Shown piece by piece: positions 14,291 through 27,717 of a DNA stretch of 64,000 bases. Origin of the DNA: Octopus sinensis. Taxonomy: Eukaryota. Both the position numbers and the translations under genes were made by a program. The stretch covers positions 77,066,001-77,130,000 of the forward strand of contig NC_043006.1 of the NCBI RefSeq assembly GCF_006345805.1, written 5' to 3'. The first letter of the stretch is position 1. Every line of letters starts with the position of its first letter. Under the pieces are notes generated by a model. That model was not told the origin of the DNA and made no database searches. It saw nothing but the letters and a program-made list of their open reading frames with translations.

Positions 14291-14858
14291 AATAAGCGGT
14301 GCTCTTTATTAACGCTTCCTAATACTTTACAAATACAGCGTATTTCATCAGGCATGTCAGTAACACCATACAAACTTCACATTTTAATATCTATTAAGAA
14401 GAATACAAAATATCAAATGTTGCAAACAATATATTTATATTCTTAAAATTTTCAGGAAAAAATATTACTGGTTTTTGTTGCCAAAATTACCGTGTTGTCG
14501 CCCTTATGTCTCAGACAGCTTTTTGTGTAACATAGTCACAAACACGATGCTTTGTATAAAATATTGTTAAAATAAATGTTTAAATGTTTCTCCCATTGCA
14601 ACTATTTCGGAAATGTAGAGAACCTTTCAGAATATATACAGCAGCATTTCAGAATTGTATACATTCTTTGATAATTATATCCCGCCATGACATAGAGGCT
14701 GGCTGCTCCATAAAGTTATATGAATGGCAACATGTAACATTTTTTTTTATCATAATATTCTTTTTCTACATTTCACACTGAGAATACATCCTAAATGTTA
14801 AAACCTTGAACTGTATGGCATGTTCAGATAAAACACATTATAGGACATTATCATTAAG

Positions 14859-15300
14859 GCGTAGGAGTGGCTGTCTGTTAAGTAGCTTGCTTACCACCAC
14901 ATGGTTTCGGGTTCAGTCCCACTGCGTGGCAACCTGGGCAAGTGTCTTCTACTATAGCCACGGGCAGACCAAAGCCTTCTGAGTGGATTTGGTAGAACGG
15001 AAACGGAAGGAAGTCCGTCGTATGTTTGTATGTATGTATGTATGTATGTATGTATGTATGTATGTATGTGTGTGTGTGTATGTTTGTATGTCTTTGTTTG
15101 TCCTCCCAACATCGCTTGACAACCGATGCTGGTGTGTTTACGTCTCCGTAACCTAGCCGTTCGGCAAAAGAGTCCGATAGAATAAGTACGAAGCTTACAA
15201 AGAATAAGCCCTGGGGTTTAGTTGCTCGACTAAAGGTAGTGCTCCAGCATGGCCACAGTCAAATGACTGAAACAAGTAAAAAAGTAAAAGAAAGAGAGTA
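14859..15300 (+). mobile_element. SINE family 1, full length with internal (TATG)n
   Basis: A-box-like tggctgtctg, B-box-like gggttcagtccc, tail gtaaaa repeats. Confidence 0.92.
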
Positions 15301-16049
15301 GAACTCTACATTTCTACTCCAAATAAAGTACTGCATATATCATATCTAAATTCTTAGAGCATTTTCCGCGTGGTTTACTTTCTATCATTTCATCTACAAT
15401 TACCTTTATACTACAAATGGCTCACATTTTCTTGATTAGTGCTGCCTGTTACCTCGCAGTTCGGCAAAAGCGTCCGATACACTAAGTACTAGGCTTCAAA
15501 AAAAGAATAATAATAAACATTTGGATCGGTCCAGTTTAAGGCGGTACTCCAGCATGGTTGCATATAATGTCTGAAATAATTAGAAGAAGATGAAAGAATA
15601 CCAGCTTCAACGACTATAATTATCGTAGTTTTCTCAGTGTAATATCTCCCTCATTATAAAACCCTTGTCCCAACCAATTCTCATATTCTAAAAGTACAGC
15701 AGAAGTAGAGAAACGAGTTTCCGTTGGCCGATAACCTATGGTGCCCATATGCTCATTACATATATTTTAACCGACGGCTTTTCTATGAGTAGCATGGGTT
15801 TTCTACAATACTGTACATTTAATCTTACTTTCTGTCCACACGTTATTGTAACCCAGTAAACAGAGAAGAAGATGTGGTAGTTTAACCAGCAACCACCCGA
15901 CTGCAAAAGCGCAGTAGAACTCGGTGTTTCCATATAGTATATCATAGTAGCATAACGAAATACCACGTACCTACATGACATTCGTATTTTTATGGACCAG
16001 CTTCCAGGAACGCGTTTAATATGTAAACTTGGTATATCCAATAAGTATA

Positions 16050-16310
16050 TAAAAATAAAATAAATGCGCCCTTTTAAAGAATAGCCAGGCTCATGGGCCC
16101 GGTTTCCCGGTTTCAATGGTGTATGTGTTCCCCAGCTGGACGGGATGCCAGTCCATCGCAGCGTTACCCATTTCTGCCAGCTGAGTGGACTGGAGCAACG
16201 TGAAATGAAGTGTTTTGCTCAAGAACACAACTTGTCGCCCGGTCCAGGAATCGAAACTACAATCTTACGATCATGATGCTGACACCCTAACCACTAAGCC
16301 ACGCGCCTTC
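16050..16310 (-). mobile_element. tRNA-derived SINE family 4 (CORE-like + V-domain-like tail)
   Basis: A-box tggcttagtgg, B-box gtttcgattcc, V-like gctgcgatggactggcatcccgtccag; 14-bp TSD atccaataagtata (16036-16049, 16325-16338). Confidence 0.9.
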
Positions 16311-16394
16311 ACATCCACATCCACATCCAATAAGTATACACCACTATATATAGTGGCTATTTAAGCAATGTGTTCGAGGATGATTAATGGGTTA

Positions 16395-16450
16395 GATGGG
16401 TGCTGATGAAGAGGCAAAAGCCCTCGAAGAAAGGCATATACGCACATTAT
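16395..16450 (+). ncRNA. Degenerate hammerhead-ribozyme-like motif
   Basis: gtg CTGATGA a gaggc aaaa gccctc GAA; stem II present, GAAA/stem III decayed. Confidence 0.4.
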
Positions 16451-17335
16451 CCACTTTTCGTCTTCGATCTCAATGATTACATCTGGCGTCGCGTAACAAA
16501 AAGTAGAAACCAAAATCAGTGGGGGCTATAATTTCTATAGCGTATCTGTAGAGATAAACTTAACAAATAATGTAGGACTAGTGCAACAGTATTTACATGA
16601 TATCAAGTGTAGACAGAGACTAACCTACCAATTACCATTAAAATAACAGACGGTGCCCCAGTATGACCGCAGCGTTGAAGCTGAAATTATTTAAAGATTA
16701 AACATTAGAGACGCGTGATGTCATGGTTTAAAATATAGCATTCTGATTATAGTAAGAATTTTCCTTTAGAAGCATTAGTTATGGTAGTAGTTTAAGAATC
16801 TATTTAGCAAAATGTCTTTTACATATGGATGTTGAACTTGTTTCACATGCTTTGTATACAAAGTTCCTTAAAAAACTTCAATTATAATAGAAGATAGTGC
16901 AAGGTCAATATAATACCATTTAGCATTTTAAATTTCAGATGATTTAGTCTGATGGGAGGAACACTGAAATGACATTTTTTACACCATTCTTTGGTATGGT
17001 TGACAGGATGGAGAATTTATTAACAGATCGGAGGCATGTCCCAAATATTTGCATCAGTTTGTTCCTTCAAATGTCATGCAATGATAAGGAGGTTGTGTGA
17101 AGTTAGTTTTGGGTAGGATTAAGTCTATCACTTAAAAATAGGAGCTGCTCTTCTAAAGGTCTTCGATACAGTTTCCATCTACCAAATTTCTTTCACACGC
17201 ATTAGTTAATCCGACTATATTATAAAAACTGTTGCCTATTCTGCCGAGAAGAGGGATTGAACCGAAAACTACGTAGCCGTACAATTCGATCAGTTCAGAT
17301 TTGGAATCTCTTTCACTCTCTCCCTTTCTCCCTAG

Positions 17336-17559
17336 AGCTGGCAAAAACGTTAGCACGCCGGGCGAAATGCTTAGCAGTATTTCGTCTGCCGCTACGTTCT
17401 GAGTTCAAATTCCGCCGAGGTCGACTTTGCCTTTCATCCTTTCGGGGTCGATTAAATAAGTACCAGTTACGCACTGAGGTCGATGTAATCGACTTAATCC
17501 GTTTGTCTATCCTTGTTTGTCCTCTCTGTGTATAGCCCCTTGTGGGTAGTAAAGAAATA
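17336..17559 (+). mobile_element. SINE family 2 (Meta/MESC-like core), young subfamily
   Basis: gagttcaaattcc B-box; gcctttcatcctttcggggtcgat core; tail ccccttgtgggtagtaaagaaata. Confidence 0.92.
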
Positions 17560-17577
17560 TATCTCACCCACCTCTCG

Positions 17578-17659
<82 letters not shown>

Positions 17660-17814
17660 TTACCTGTATATATATAAATATATCACCATGACCACCGTGA
17701 TCACCAGACCGACCAGGCTATCAGATATTGCTACACATCTCTGGTCACAATGCGCTTCGTATTGTTTTAGCCTTCAAATGACGCCACCCCGCTGGCTAAG
17801 CGAGCAGGCCAATA

Positions 17815-17861
<47 letters not shown>

Positions 17862-18013
17862 ACATATGTATACTCATTATCTTTTATTAAATTTTAATAA
17901 TTTTGATATATATTTAAAATAATATAAATTAATTAATTTTATGTATTGGCTTAAGTTTTTCATGTTTGATTTGCCTAATAGTGGTTTTATCTCTAATTAA
18001 TATATAATATATT

Positions 18014-18052
<39 letters not shown>

Positions 18053-18170
18053 GTATATCTACCATATAGTCTATATACATATATGTATAACATATATGTA
18101 TATCTATATTATATATATAGATATATATATATATATATAGATATATACATATAGATATATATACATATAC

Positions 18171-18506
18171 ATGAAGACCTACGACATGGATATAAACAAC
18201 TTGGAAGCCGTTGCAAGCAACCGCGGAGTTTGGCGACGTACCGCAAAAGAGGGAACACAAAGGAGTGACAGAGGGAGAGAGGAGAAATAGAAAGACAACA
18301 AAAGACGTCAAGAAAAAAAAAACATGATATTACAACCAGCTAAGCAAAGTCTTCGCTACATTTGCGACACCTGCCAGAGGGAATGTTTGTCCAAGATAGG
18401 ACTACACAGCCACAGTAGGAGATGTATTCGGACAAGAAATGTAAAAGCCGGATTAGATTATTTTATGCGCAACTCCATTGTCTCCCGAGACAAAAAGGAT
18501 GCCAAA

Positions 18507-18510
<4 letters not shown>
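18171..18510 (+). mobile_element. 3' end of an RTE-clade LINE
   Basis: MKTYDMDINNLEAVASNRGVWR...YICDTCQRECLSKIGLHSHSRRC, the C-terminal C2H2-like motif of RTE ORFs; short 3' UTR ccattgtctcccgagac; stop/frameshift present. Confidence 0.85.
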
Positions 18511-18543
<33 letters not shown>

Positions 18544-19432
18544 GCTCCAGCATGGCTGCGGCTCTTTATCTGAAATGAATATAACAGAATGTGCATGCAT
18601 GTATAAGCACGTGCTTATATGTACAAACATACATACATAAATACTCACGTATATTCATACATTCATACACACACACACACACACAGACACACACACACAT
18701 ATACACACTCTTACACAGACACGTAATAATCATTCTGAATCGACATTTTTTTTATAAGTTTAAATTGAAAATGTTATGCAGCATAAAAAAAAATTAAAAG
18801 AAAAGAAATAGTCCCATGGGATAAAATATTTCCGCAAAATAAGTAAGAAATATATTGCAAAGAACTAAGTAATTCCCATTTCAATTAAGTAGACTTCAAA
18901 TAACATATTTTAATATTACTAAATTATTTATTATATTAATCCAGTATCAAAATATTGCCACTGACCGGCTGCTATTTAATGATAAAATTTTGTCACAGTT
19001 CTACAGGGTATTGTTTTTCCAAGAAGCTATCAATCATTTCTAAATTTGCTTTTCTTCCGTTTACATTCAGACATTTTCTCTTAATTAAAGTTTCAATACA
19101 GTGGAAGCAATTTTATGTCTTCCTTGCTTTCAGTAAATAGTGTGCTTTTCTTTTTTAGTCACATATAGCTCTGTGATAAGAATATGAAGCAGATTATATT
19201 AAATTATTCTGGTTTTTTTTCTTTAAAAAGAAAACAAGAAAAAAATCACAAAATGTATTTCATAAAACGTTCATCATAGCTAGAGAGGCATGGGTGTTGT
19301 TGTTAAGAAGTCCGTCTTGCAATTACGCTACCACGTGGTTTCGGGTTCAGTACCATTGCGTGACAACTTGAAGCGTGTTGTAAAGGGGTCTTTTTCCATT
19401 GTGGTATTTTTCTTTTGACGACGGTCGTCGCT

Positions 19433-19654
19433 CTGGCAGAATCGTTAGCACGCAGGGCGAAATGCTTATCGGTATTTCGTCTGCCGTTACGTTCTGAGTT
19501 CAAATTCCGCCGAGGTCGACTTTGCCTTTCATCCTTTCGGGGTCGATAAATTAAGTACCTGTTACGCATTGGGGTCGATGTAATCGATTTAATCCGTTTG
19601 TCTGTCCTTGTTTGTCCTCTCTGTGTTTAGCCCCTTGTGGGTAGTAAAGAAATA
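19433..19654 (+). mobile_element. SINE family 2, young subfamily, flanked by 38-bp direct repeat
   Basis: Direct repeats 19403-19440 and 19655-19692 (2 mismatches); nested inside a decayed family-1 copy (about 19285-20360). Confidence 0.92.
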
Positions 19655-20088
19655 GGTATCTTTCTTTTGACGACGGTCGCCGCTCTGGCAGATATCTTTA
19701 TGTTACGAAGTCGTCAATTGGATGTTTTTATCGACCACCAGTCGTATAGTGTTATTATCCTCAAAAAGTTGGATCGTTATAAGATCCACTGAGTATCACA
19801 GTATAATTACTATATCAGCACAGACACGACTCTCAACATGGTCTACACGTACTCTTGACCTTCTGATCTTCTTTTTGTCGACCGGTTACTGGTCTGGTTA
19901 CTACCAATACAATCTCTGGTTACTACCACTTTTAACCGGTAGTGATGTGCAGTTTCACTATAAAATAGACAGATATATTCAACTGTAGCTTCGGTGAGTG
20001 AATTTGGAAGCTGGAAACTGTGGGGAAATCCGTTGTGTGTGTTCGTGTATATATGTATGTGTATGTATGCATATATATATATATATAT

Positions 20089-20144
<56 letters not shown>

Positions 20145-20380
20145 TTTGCGTTTCTTATGTCACATTGCTGGGGTGTTTACCATAGCGGAACACAGAGTTC
20201 CGGAAAAAAGGATTTGAGGGAATCCTTGTTGCTGAACTTCTAAAAATCTTTAAAAGAATAACATAAGTACTTGTGCCAATGTGTTCGACTAAATCACTTC
20301 AAGGCTGCGCCCAAGCAGGAGCGAAGTCTAATGAGTAAAGCAAGCAAAAGACAAAAGACAATTTCCAAACATAACCTCTG

Positions 20381-20775
20381 TTTACTCTTTTTACTTGTTT
20401 CAATCATTTGACTGCGGCCTTTGGTCGAGCAAATCGACCCCAGGATTTATTCTTTGGAAGCCTAGTACTTCTATGGGTCTATTTTGCCGAACCGCTAAGT
20501 TATGGGGACATAAACACACCAGCCTCGGTTGTCAAGCGATGTTGCGGGGACAAACACAGACATATACATACACATACACATATATATATATATATACATA
20601 TACACATATATACGACGGGCTTCTTTCAGTTTCCGCCTACCAAATCCACTCACAAAGGTTTGGTCAGCCCGCGGCTATAGTAGATGACACTTGCCCAAGG
20701 TGCCACGCAGTGGGACTGAACCCGGAACCATGTTGTTGGTAAGCAAGCTACTTACTACACAGCCACTCCTACGCC
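20381..20775 (-). mobile_element. SINE family 1, near full length
   Basis: Matches other copies over both halves. Confidence 0.9.
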
Positions 20776-21419
20776 ATATATGAAAAATATTCATTACCAG
20801 AAATTTTGAAGGGAAAAAAATAAGTTGCTACCATCATTAAATTTTTTTTTTAATGGAAGAAAATGTAATTTACAGCTACTTTATTTTTCAACACCAAAAT
20901 ACTGAGATATAGGCTGACCTGGAACTCAGAACGTAAAGAGCTGAAATAAATACTACGAACACGACGTTGCTCAACAAATCCACTGCTCTAATAAATGAAA
21001 GGTATTAACACGAGCAACCAAGCATTACTGAGGAAAATATAATAATTGTTTCCTTTCACTTGCTTTCAATATGGACTCAAATGGGAGATTCACTGGAGCA
21101 TAAAATAGAGCACCCTCCTCAATTTATTTTGACTCTTTGTTGTTCTCAGTTCAAATTACGTCAAGGCAAATTTGGCTTCCATCAATTTAGACGCGATAGA
21201 GTATTTAAGTAGCATGGTTGATTTCACCTCCCACACGCACATACGTCCATTCACACAGTCTCATATATTGGTGCGGTTGTACCGCACCAATATATATGTG
21301 TTTGTGTGCGCCCGCGTGTGTGTATATATACATGCATACATACTAAAAAAACACACATACACATATGTAGATATATACTGACTTTGTTAGGCAGGTATAT
21401 GGCCCTTAATTGATCTGTT

Positions 21420-22830
21420 TCTCTGATATTTAATCGATCAAATGAAGGAACGATTTAATATGCAAATTGCTACATGCAATGTGCACGAATTGGTTATATC
21501 GGTCTATTTGAAATACGTGTAGCTAATTAAATGTCCATTCTTTGTGTTTTTTATAAAAGTACTCTGTGATTAATAGACAGATTTCATTTTGTGTTCATCT
21601 CAGCATTTAAATCCTGGACATAACACGGGAGGTGAATAAAAACTTATATGGATTTCTGTGCCGGGTTCGATTTGCACAGAGTGCTTAAAGTGTTATATAA
21701 CGACTGAAACTAGCTTTGTCATGTCTGAGAATATTTCTCGTAGTAAACGGAGCTAATCTATTAGTTATGTTCTATTTGCTAAGTAGAACAAAACTGAATT
21801 AGTTGCAGTCTTGGGTCCTAAATAAATCAGTGACTAAAACCAGTTTCACATCTCATTACTGAGAAGCGCAAACCCCGAATCAGTGTACTTTCATTTTGTT
21901 ATTCACTGAAATGCGGCCATTGTGAGGTTATTTGCACATAAGTAAAGTGAATCCGGGTTTCAAAATGTTCTCCCTTTTCATTGCATTATACGTCGTGAAC
22001 AGCTGGCTGCTAGCTGTGTCTTGAAGAAAGTAGTTATGAAATTTGTCGCTGAAATTGCCCTCTTGACACTACACCAGCGCCATTCCAGAAATTTCATTAA
22101 AGAACCGGAGCTTCATGATAAACACACTGATATTTGTTTGTACTGCATTGTGAGGTGGTGATTGTTATTTCAGCAAGGTCTTTAACTCGCTTTTGGATCT
22201 GCTTTGCAGTAGCCTACACAGTTTTCCCGGAAGAACAGGAATTATGTTCAACTGCGAATCGATGAATTGCTGCTGGATTGTACATGCATTAATCACGTAA
22301 TGAATCATCCACGAACTCTCAATTTGGCATTCCAAGGGAAGAATAATATTGTTTCTGATCTTATTCAGATATTTTTTAGCTTTCAGGAAATATCGCCAAA
22401 ATAATCTTATTTTACTATCACTGTAAAAGATAAGATAACACCTCTTGCTACTGCACTAGAAGAAAACAAATTGAAATAATCCAAATATTACCGGGATTTA
22501 TCGACTATTTCTGAGACAGTTATGATAACTTCCAGAAACTAAAAGTTTTTTCCACATTACTTGTAAATCTATCGGAGATTGATGTGGTCAATAATCTTCG
22601 TACTGTGAAAATGGAACGAACAGAATTACAGTAAAATCTGGGTCTAAAGAGACTCATCAAATCCTAGACTAAAGTGTTGTGGAAACGATATCCAAAAATA
22701 TCCAGAGCTAACCAAACCTATAGGGCTATCTGTTTTCAGGACAATACTAATGGAGATCGTTTTATAGTTTAATGCACTTTATGTGGTTCAAATATTGCGC
22801 AGAATTTATGATGAATCACCTGGTGGAGCT
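21420..22830 (+). mobile_element. Decayed hAT transposase (Charlie/SPIN/GTF2IRD2-like)
   Basis: FHCIIRREQLAA (21976-22011; cf. HCIIHQEAL), YCIVRW (22141; cf. EVRWLS), LNLAFQGKNNIVSDLIQ (22318; cf. LNLQLQGK) in the expected order; many stops; boundaries approximate. Confidence 0.8.
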
Positions 22831-23164
22831 ACATCATACGGCCTTGGAGGAGCTACATCGTACACGTGGTGGAATTATATCGGAATCGTAACTGCTCGCT
22901 ACTAAAAGGTAGAGCCACGAGATATATTCTATATGTAAGTAGTGAAATTAATCATTAGCGTAATGGTAATTCTCATATTGTCTGTGTTACAGTCTATGTC
23001 GCAATCACTCATCCTCTCTTTCTGCTTCTCTCTTTATCACTATCACTCTCTATCTTTCTCTCCCTCCACCCCTCTCTTTCTTTCTCTTCCTCCATCCCTC
23101 TCTTTCTCTCTCTCTCTCCTTCACACATACACACACATATCTGTATTTATATATGTCTCTTTAT

Positions 23165-23396
23165 AAGGCGGCGAGCTGGCAGAAACGTTAGCGCGCGAGC
23201 GAAATGCTTAGCGGTAATTCGTCTGCCGTTACGTTGTGAGTTCAAATTCCGCCGAGGTCGACTTTGCCTTTCATCCCTTCGAGGTCGATAAATTAAGTAC
23301 CAGTTTCGCACTGGCGTCGATGTAATCGACTTAATCCCTTTGTCTGTCCTTGTTTGTCCCCTCTATGTTTAGCCCATTGTGGGCAGTAAAGAAATA
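23165..23396 (+). mobile_element. SINE family 2, full-length young copy
   Basis: 17-bp TSD tatatatgtctctttat (23148-23164, 23397-23413). Confidence 0.93.
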
Positions 23397-23421
23397 TATA
23401 TATGTCTCTTTATTTCTCGCA

Positions 23422-23457
<36 letters not shown>

Positions 23458-23462
<5 letters not shown>

Positions 23463-23877
23463 GGTAAGGGGTAAGAAGCCTGCTTCCCAGCCACATGGTT
23501 CCGGGTTCAGACACACTGCGTGGCTCCTTGGGCAGGTGTTTTCTGCTATAGCCTGGGGTGGACGAAAGCTCTTTGAGAGGATTTGGTAGGCGAAAACTGA
23601 AAAGAAGAGTGTGTATACAATTTTTTTTCTGCGCCCTTTTAAAGCCTAGCCACGCTCATGGGCCCGGTTTCCCGGTTTCAATGCCGTATGTGTCCCCAGC
23701 TGGACGGGACGCCAGTCGATCGCAGCGTTACTTATTTTTGCCAGGTGAGTGGACTGGAACAACGTGAAATGAAGTGTTTTGCTCAAGAACACAACGCGTC
23801 GTCCGGTCCAGGAATCGAAACCAGAATCTTACGATCATGATGCTGACACCCTAACCACTAAGCCACGCGCCTCTACT

Positions 23878-23922
<45 letters not shown>

Positions 23923-24150
23923 TTGTGTGTCTGTATTTGTCTCCACACCATCGCTTGACAACCGATGTTGGTGTGTTTACGTCCCCGTAACTTAGCGGTT
24001 CGGCGAAAAAAGGGATAAAATAAGTACTAGGCTTACAGAAGAATAAGTTCGGTGGTGGCGGTGGGTATTTGCTCGACTAAGGGTGCTGCTCTAGCAAGGT
24101 CGCAATGAAATGAGTGAAACAAGTAAAGGAATAAAAGAATAAAAGAATAT
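23458..24150 (+). mobile_element. SINE family 1 interrupted by a family-4 SINE
   Basis: 5' half 23458-23615, 3' half 23920-24150; insertion sits at the internal microsatellite. Confidence 0.85.
23620..23873 (-). mobile_element. SINE family 4
   Basis: Highly similar to 16050-16310 along its length. Confidence 0.9.
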
Positions 24151-24204
24151 ATGGAGAGGGGAGGAGAGGGGTAGAGAGAAATTTAGACAGACAGACAGAC
24201 TGAT

Positions 24205-24252
<48 letters not shown>

Positions 24253-24450
24253 CAGACAGACATATATGCATGTTATCAGAAGCCAAGAATATCCGATATA
24301 ACTGAAACATCTGTAATTTTATTGAGCTGTTTAATTTTAGGCACTTTCAACAATATTTTGGTTTTAGTTTTAGTTTTAATTCTGTACATTACCGCATGTT
24401 TCCTTAACTATTCTCGTAATTAATTATCTTATTAATTATGCTCAAGGCAT

Positions 24451-24850
24451 AAGGCGGCCATCTGGCAGACTCGTTAACAAGCTGGACGAAATGCTTAGCG
24501 GTATTTCGCCCGTCGCTACATTCTGAGTTCAAATTCCGCCGAGATCGACTTCGCCTTTCATCCTTTCGGGGTCGATTAAATAAGTACCAGTTACGCACTG
24601 GGGTCGATATAATCGACTTAATCCGTTTCTCTGTCCTTGTTTGTCCTCTCTGTGTTTAGCTCATCGTGGGTATTACATAAATAGGTATTTCGCCGGTCGC
24701 TACATTCTCAGTTCAAATTTCCTCCGAAGTCGACTTTGCCTTTCATCCTTTTGGAATCGATAAATTAAGTACCAGTGAAGCACTGAGGTCGATGTAATCG
24801 ACATGTCCCCTCCCCCAAATATCAGGCCTTATGATTTTAGTAGAAAGGAA
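24451..24850 (+). mobile_element. SINE family-2 nested dimer (young copy inside old copy)
   Basis: Young tail ends 24683, then ggtatttcgcc(g)gtcgctacattct repeats 24500-24535 and continues to the old-type tail. Confidence 0.88.
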
Positions 24851-25169
24851 TTATGCTGAATGTAGTTAACACAGTCATCAGTCAAATCATGGAAAACATA
24901 TGCTACACGCGCACACGATTACTGAAACTAACAGAAATTAGCAGTTTAAAAAATGCATACCTGAATGAACATTAATACGTAGAAGTACTTCTTGATATTT
25001 ACGCTAATGTTTTGTAGCAAAATATTATTATCGTATGTGGCTCTCCGAATAAACGTGTTTGGCCGTTGCTGTCCATATATATGTGTGTTTGCGTGCATAC
25101 ATAATATTCTTTGGTATACGCATATTGCGTGCATGTCTAACTAAAGAGATACATAGATCGACAGATAGT

Positions 25170-25204
<35 letters not shown>

Positions 25205-25224
25205 GTATATATCTTATACAAACA

Positions 25225-25285
<61 letters not shown>

Positions 25286-25496
25286 TATATATATATAGCA
25301 TGCGTGTTTGATAGTGAGGATAAGTTGTTTTCGGATTAGAATGTTGAAATTATGATCAGAGAGTCGTCGTTTCATCTCAAAGATCGTTCATTGTTTCCTG
25401 GAGCAGAGAGCACAGCACATCAAATTGACTACAATTCGATTACCTTGTCAAAAACATTTCTCGGGCAGGCGATGATCTGCTTAGTCGATAAAATGT

Positions 25497-25643
25497 TTAT
25501 ATATATATATATGTATGTGTGTGTATATAATATTATATATATATCTATATATATATATATATATATTATATGCATATATAATATATCATATATATAATGC
25601 ATATATATATATGCATATATATATATGCATATATAATATATAT

Positions 25644-25688
<45 letters not shown>

Positions 25689-26411
25689 ATATATTCATAT
25701 ATATATAATATATGCATATTATATAATATATGCATATATATATATATATATATGCAATATATATATATATATATATGCATATATATATATATATATATAG
25801 CATATATATATTATATATATGCATATATATTATATATAATGCATATATATATATATATATATGCATATATTATATAATATATATGCATATATATATATAT
25901 ATATGCATATATATATATATATATATGCAATATATATATATATATATGCATATATATTATATATATATGCATATATATATATATATATATATATGCATAT
26001 ATATGCATATATATATATATATATATGCATATATAATGCATATATATATATATTATATGCATATATATATAGCATATATATATATATATATATAATGCAT
26101 ATATATCTATAATATATATATATATGCATATATATATATATATATCATATATATGCATATATATATATATAATATGCTATATGATATATAATATATATAT
26201 ATATATAATATGCATATATATATATAATATTATATATATATATATATAATATATTATATAATATATATATATATTATGCATTATATATATATATTAATAT
26301 ATATATATATAATATATATATATATGCATATATATATATACCATAACTATATATGCATATCTATATATATATATATATATGCATATATATATATATACAT
26401 AACTATATATG

Positions 26412-26447
<36 letters not shown>
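25497..26447. repeat. About 950-bp compound (TA)n array punctuated by GCA
   Basis: Repeated (TA)nTGCA units seen directly. Confidence 0.95.
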
Positions 26448-26451
<4 letters not shown>

Positions 26452-26509
26452 GTGAGTGTGTGCATATAAATTTATATGTATGTTGGGTTTTTTTTGCGTA
26501 TGATTGCAT

Positions 26510-27657
26510 GACCAAATTTTAGTAAGAACTTACATCTGTAAAATCAATCTGCAAGTATTTTCATTTTAAATTTTAACTATAAATTGTAACCATTAATTTA
26601 ATTAGGGATATCTACATTTACACATTTAATTGACCTCTAGGTTGACTGATTTTAAGATCGTTTAATTAATTAGCTGGAAAATTAGCTGTTAGTCTAGTCA
26701 ACTCATTTTTCTGGTGGGGAGTCTACTGTATCAAGTAGGCACTAATTATGGCCACTTACCCTAGTAATTACCTCCCCTTTACAAGAAATATTTCAATAAC
26801 CTCCCTACCGTATTAATTCGTTTCATTGTTTTTACTAATTTCGTATTCATATTAATAAACTATTGGACCATTTCCAACTCTAACCGTCTTACAACCTAAA
26901 TGTCTGAATAGATTCCTCTCTTGATATTTATTCCATAATATTAATTTTTAATCTAGTACTTATTACCCTAAGCGTACAACATGCACCATCTTCCTATTCA
27001 CATATTTATTAATCTTACCCTGTATAATGGTCTTAGTAGCTGGTCTTTTGTTTTTAAATTTCAACTGAACACTTACATCTAACATCGGACCTTGGCCTAT
27101 CTCACTTCGGAAAACGGTTGAACGGGCTTTCTACCAGCTAGTAAATAAATAAATTGCATTTAATTATTATAATTAATACTATTAATTAGTACTACAAACA
27201 TAACTACTATAAATTATTATGATTAATATAAAACCTTACTGTATCTACACCCCTTCTCCGATTAAAACCTATTGGCGTATCTTCCTATCCCCCCACCCCA
27301 GTACAAAGGATTAATTCATTAATTGCTATTTTGTTTTATTGTTTTACTTAACGGCCCGAAGTGACTCACAAGCAAAATGGTATGATTACAACCATATTCA
27401 ACTTTTCCTTTTTTTCCTTCACTATGCTCTTCTTCATTATATGTCCTTCACTCGGATGAAGCTCCTTGTTTCAGATCGGTTTTATTAACAAATATGATTA
27501 TTATTTTTACATATTTTTGCATATCAATGGCCGCACCATACATTGGAAACAGAAACAGCTGTTATGTGGGATGCAGTTTAATTGCATTGGATTAATAAAT
27601 AATAATAGATGGAAGTTACTCAATTGTTGATCATCCGAGTACTCCATATTATGTTTT

Positions 27658-27660
<3 letters not shown>
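26510..27660 (+). mobile_element. Decayed PLE 3' end (GIY-YIG C-terminus, 3' region, HHR-like motif)
   Basis: 26860-26910 reads YW.IFQL..LQPKCLN across frameshifts (cf. WIF.L.TL.P.GLN); cact CGGATGA a (27449-27460) ... tggaaaca GAAAC AGCT GTT atgtg (27544-27568); bounded by (TA)n arrays. Confidence 0.55.

Positions 27661-27717
<57 letters not shown>

Noticed and set aside
17684-17812. GC-richer island between (TA)n tracts, probably another SINE tail
   Set aside because: Single copy here with no head or TSD; family not assignable from this window.
26510-27340. Possible NUMT (AT-rich, C-skewed)
   Set aside because: No mitochondrial protein, tRNA or rRNA recognised; better explained as a PLE 3' end.
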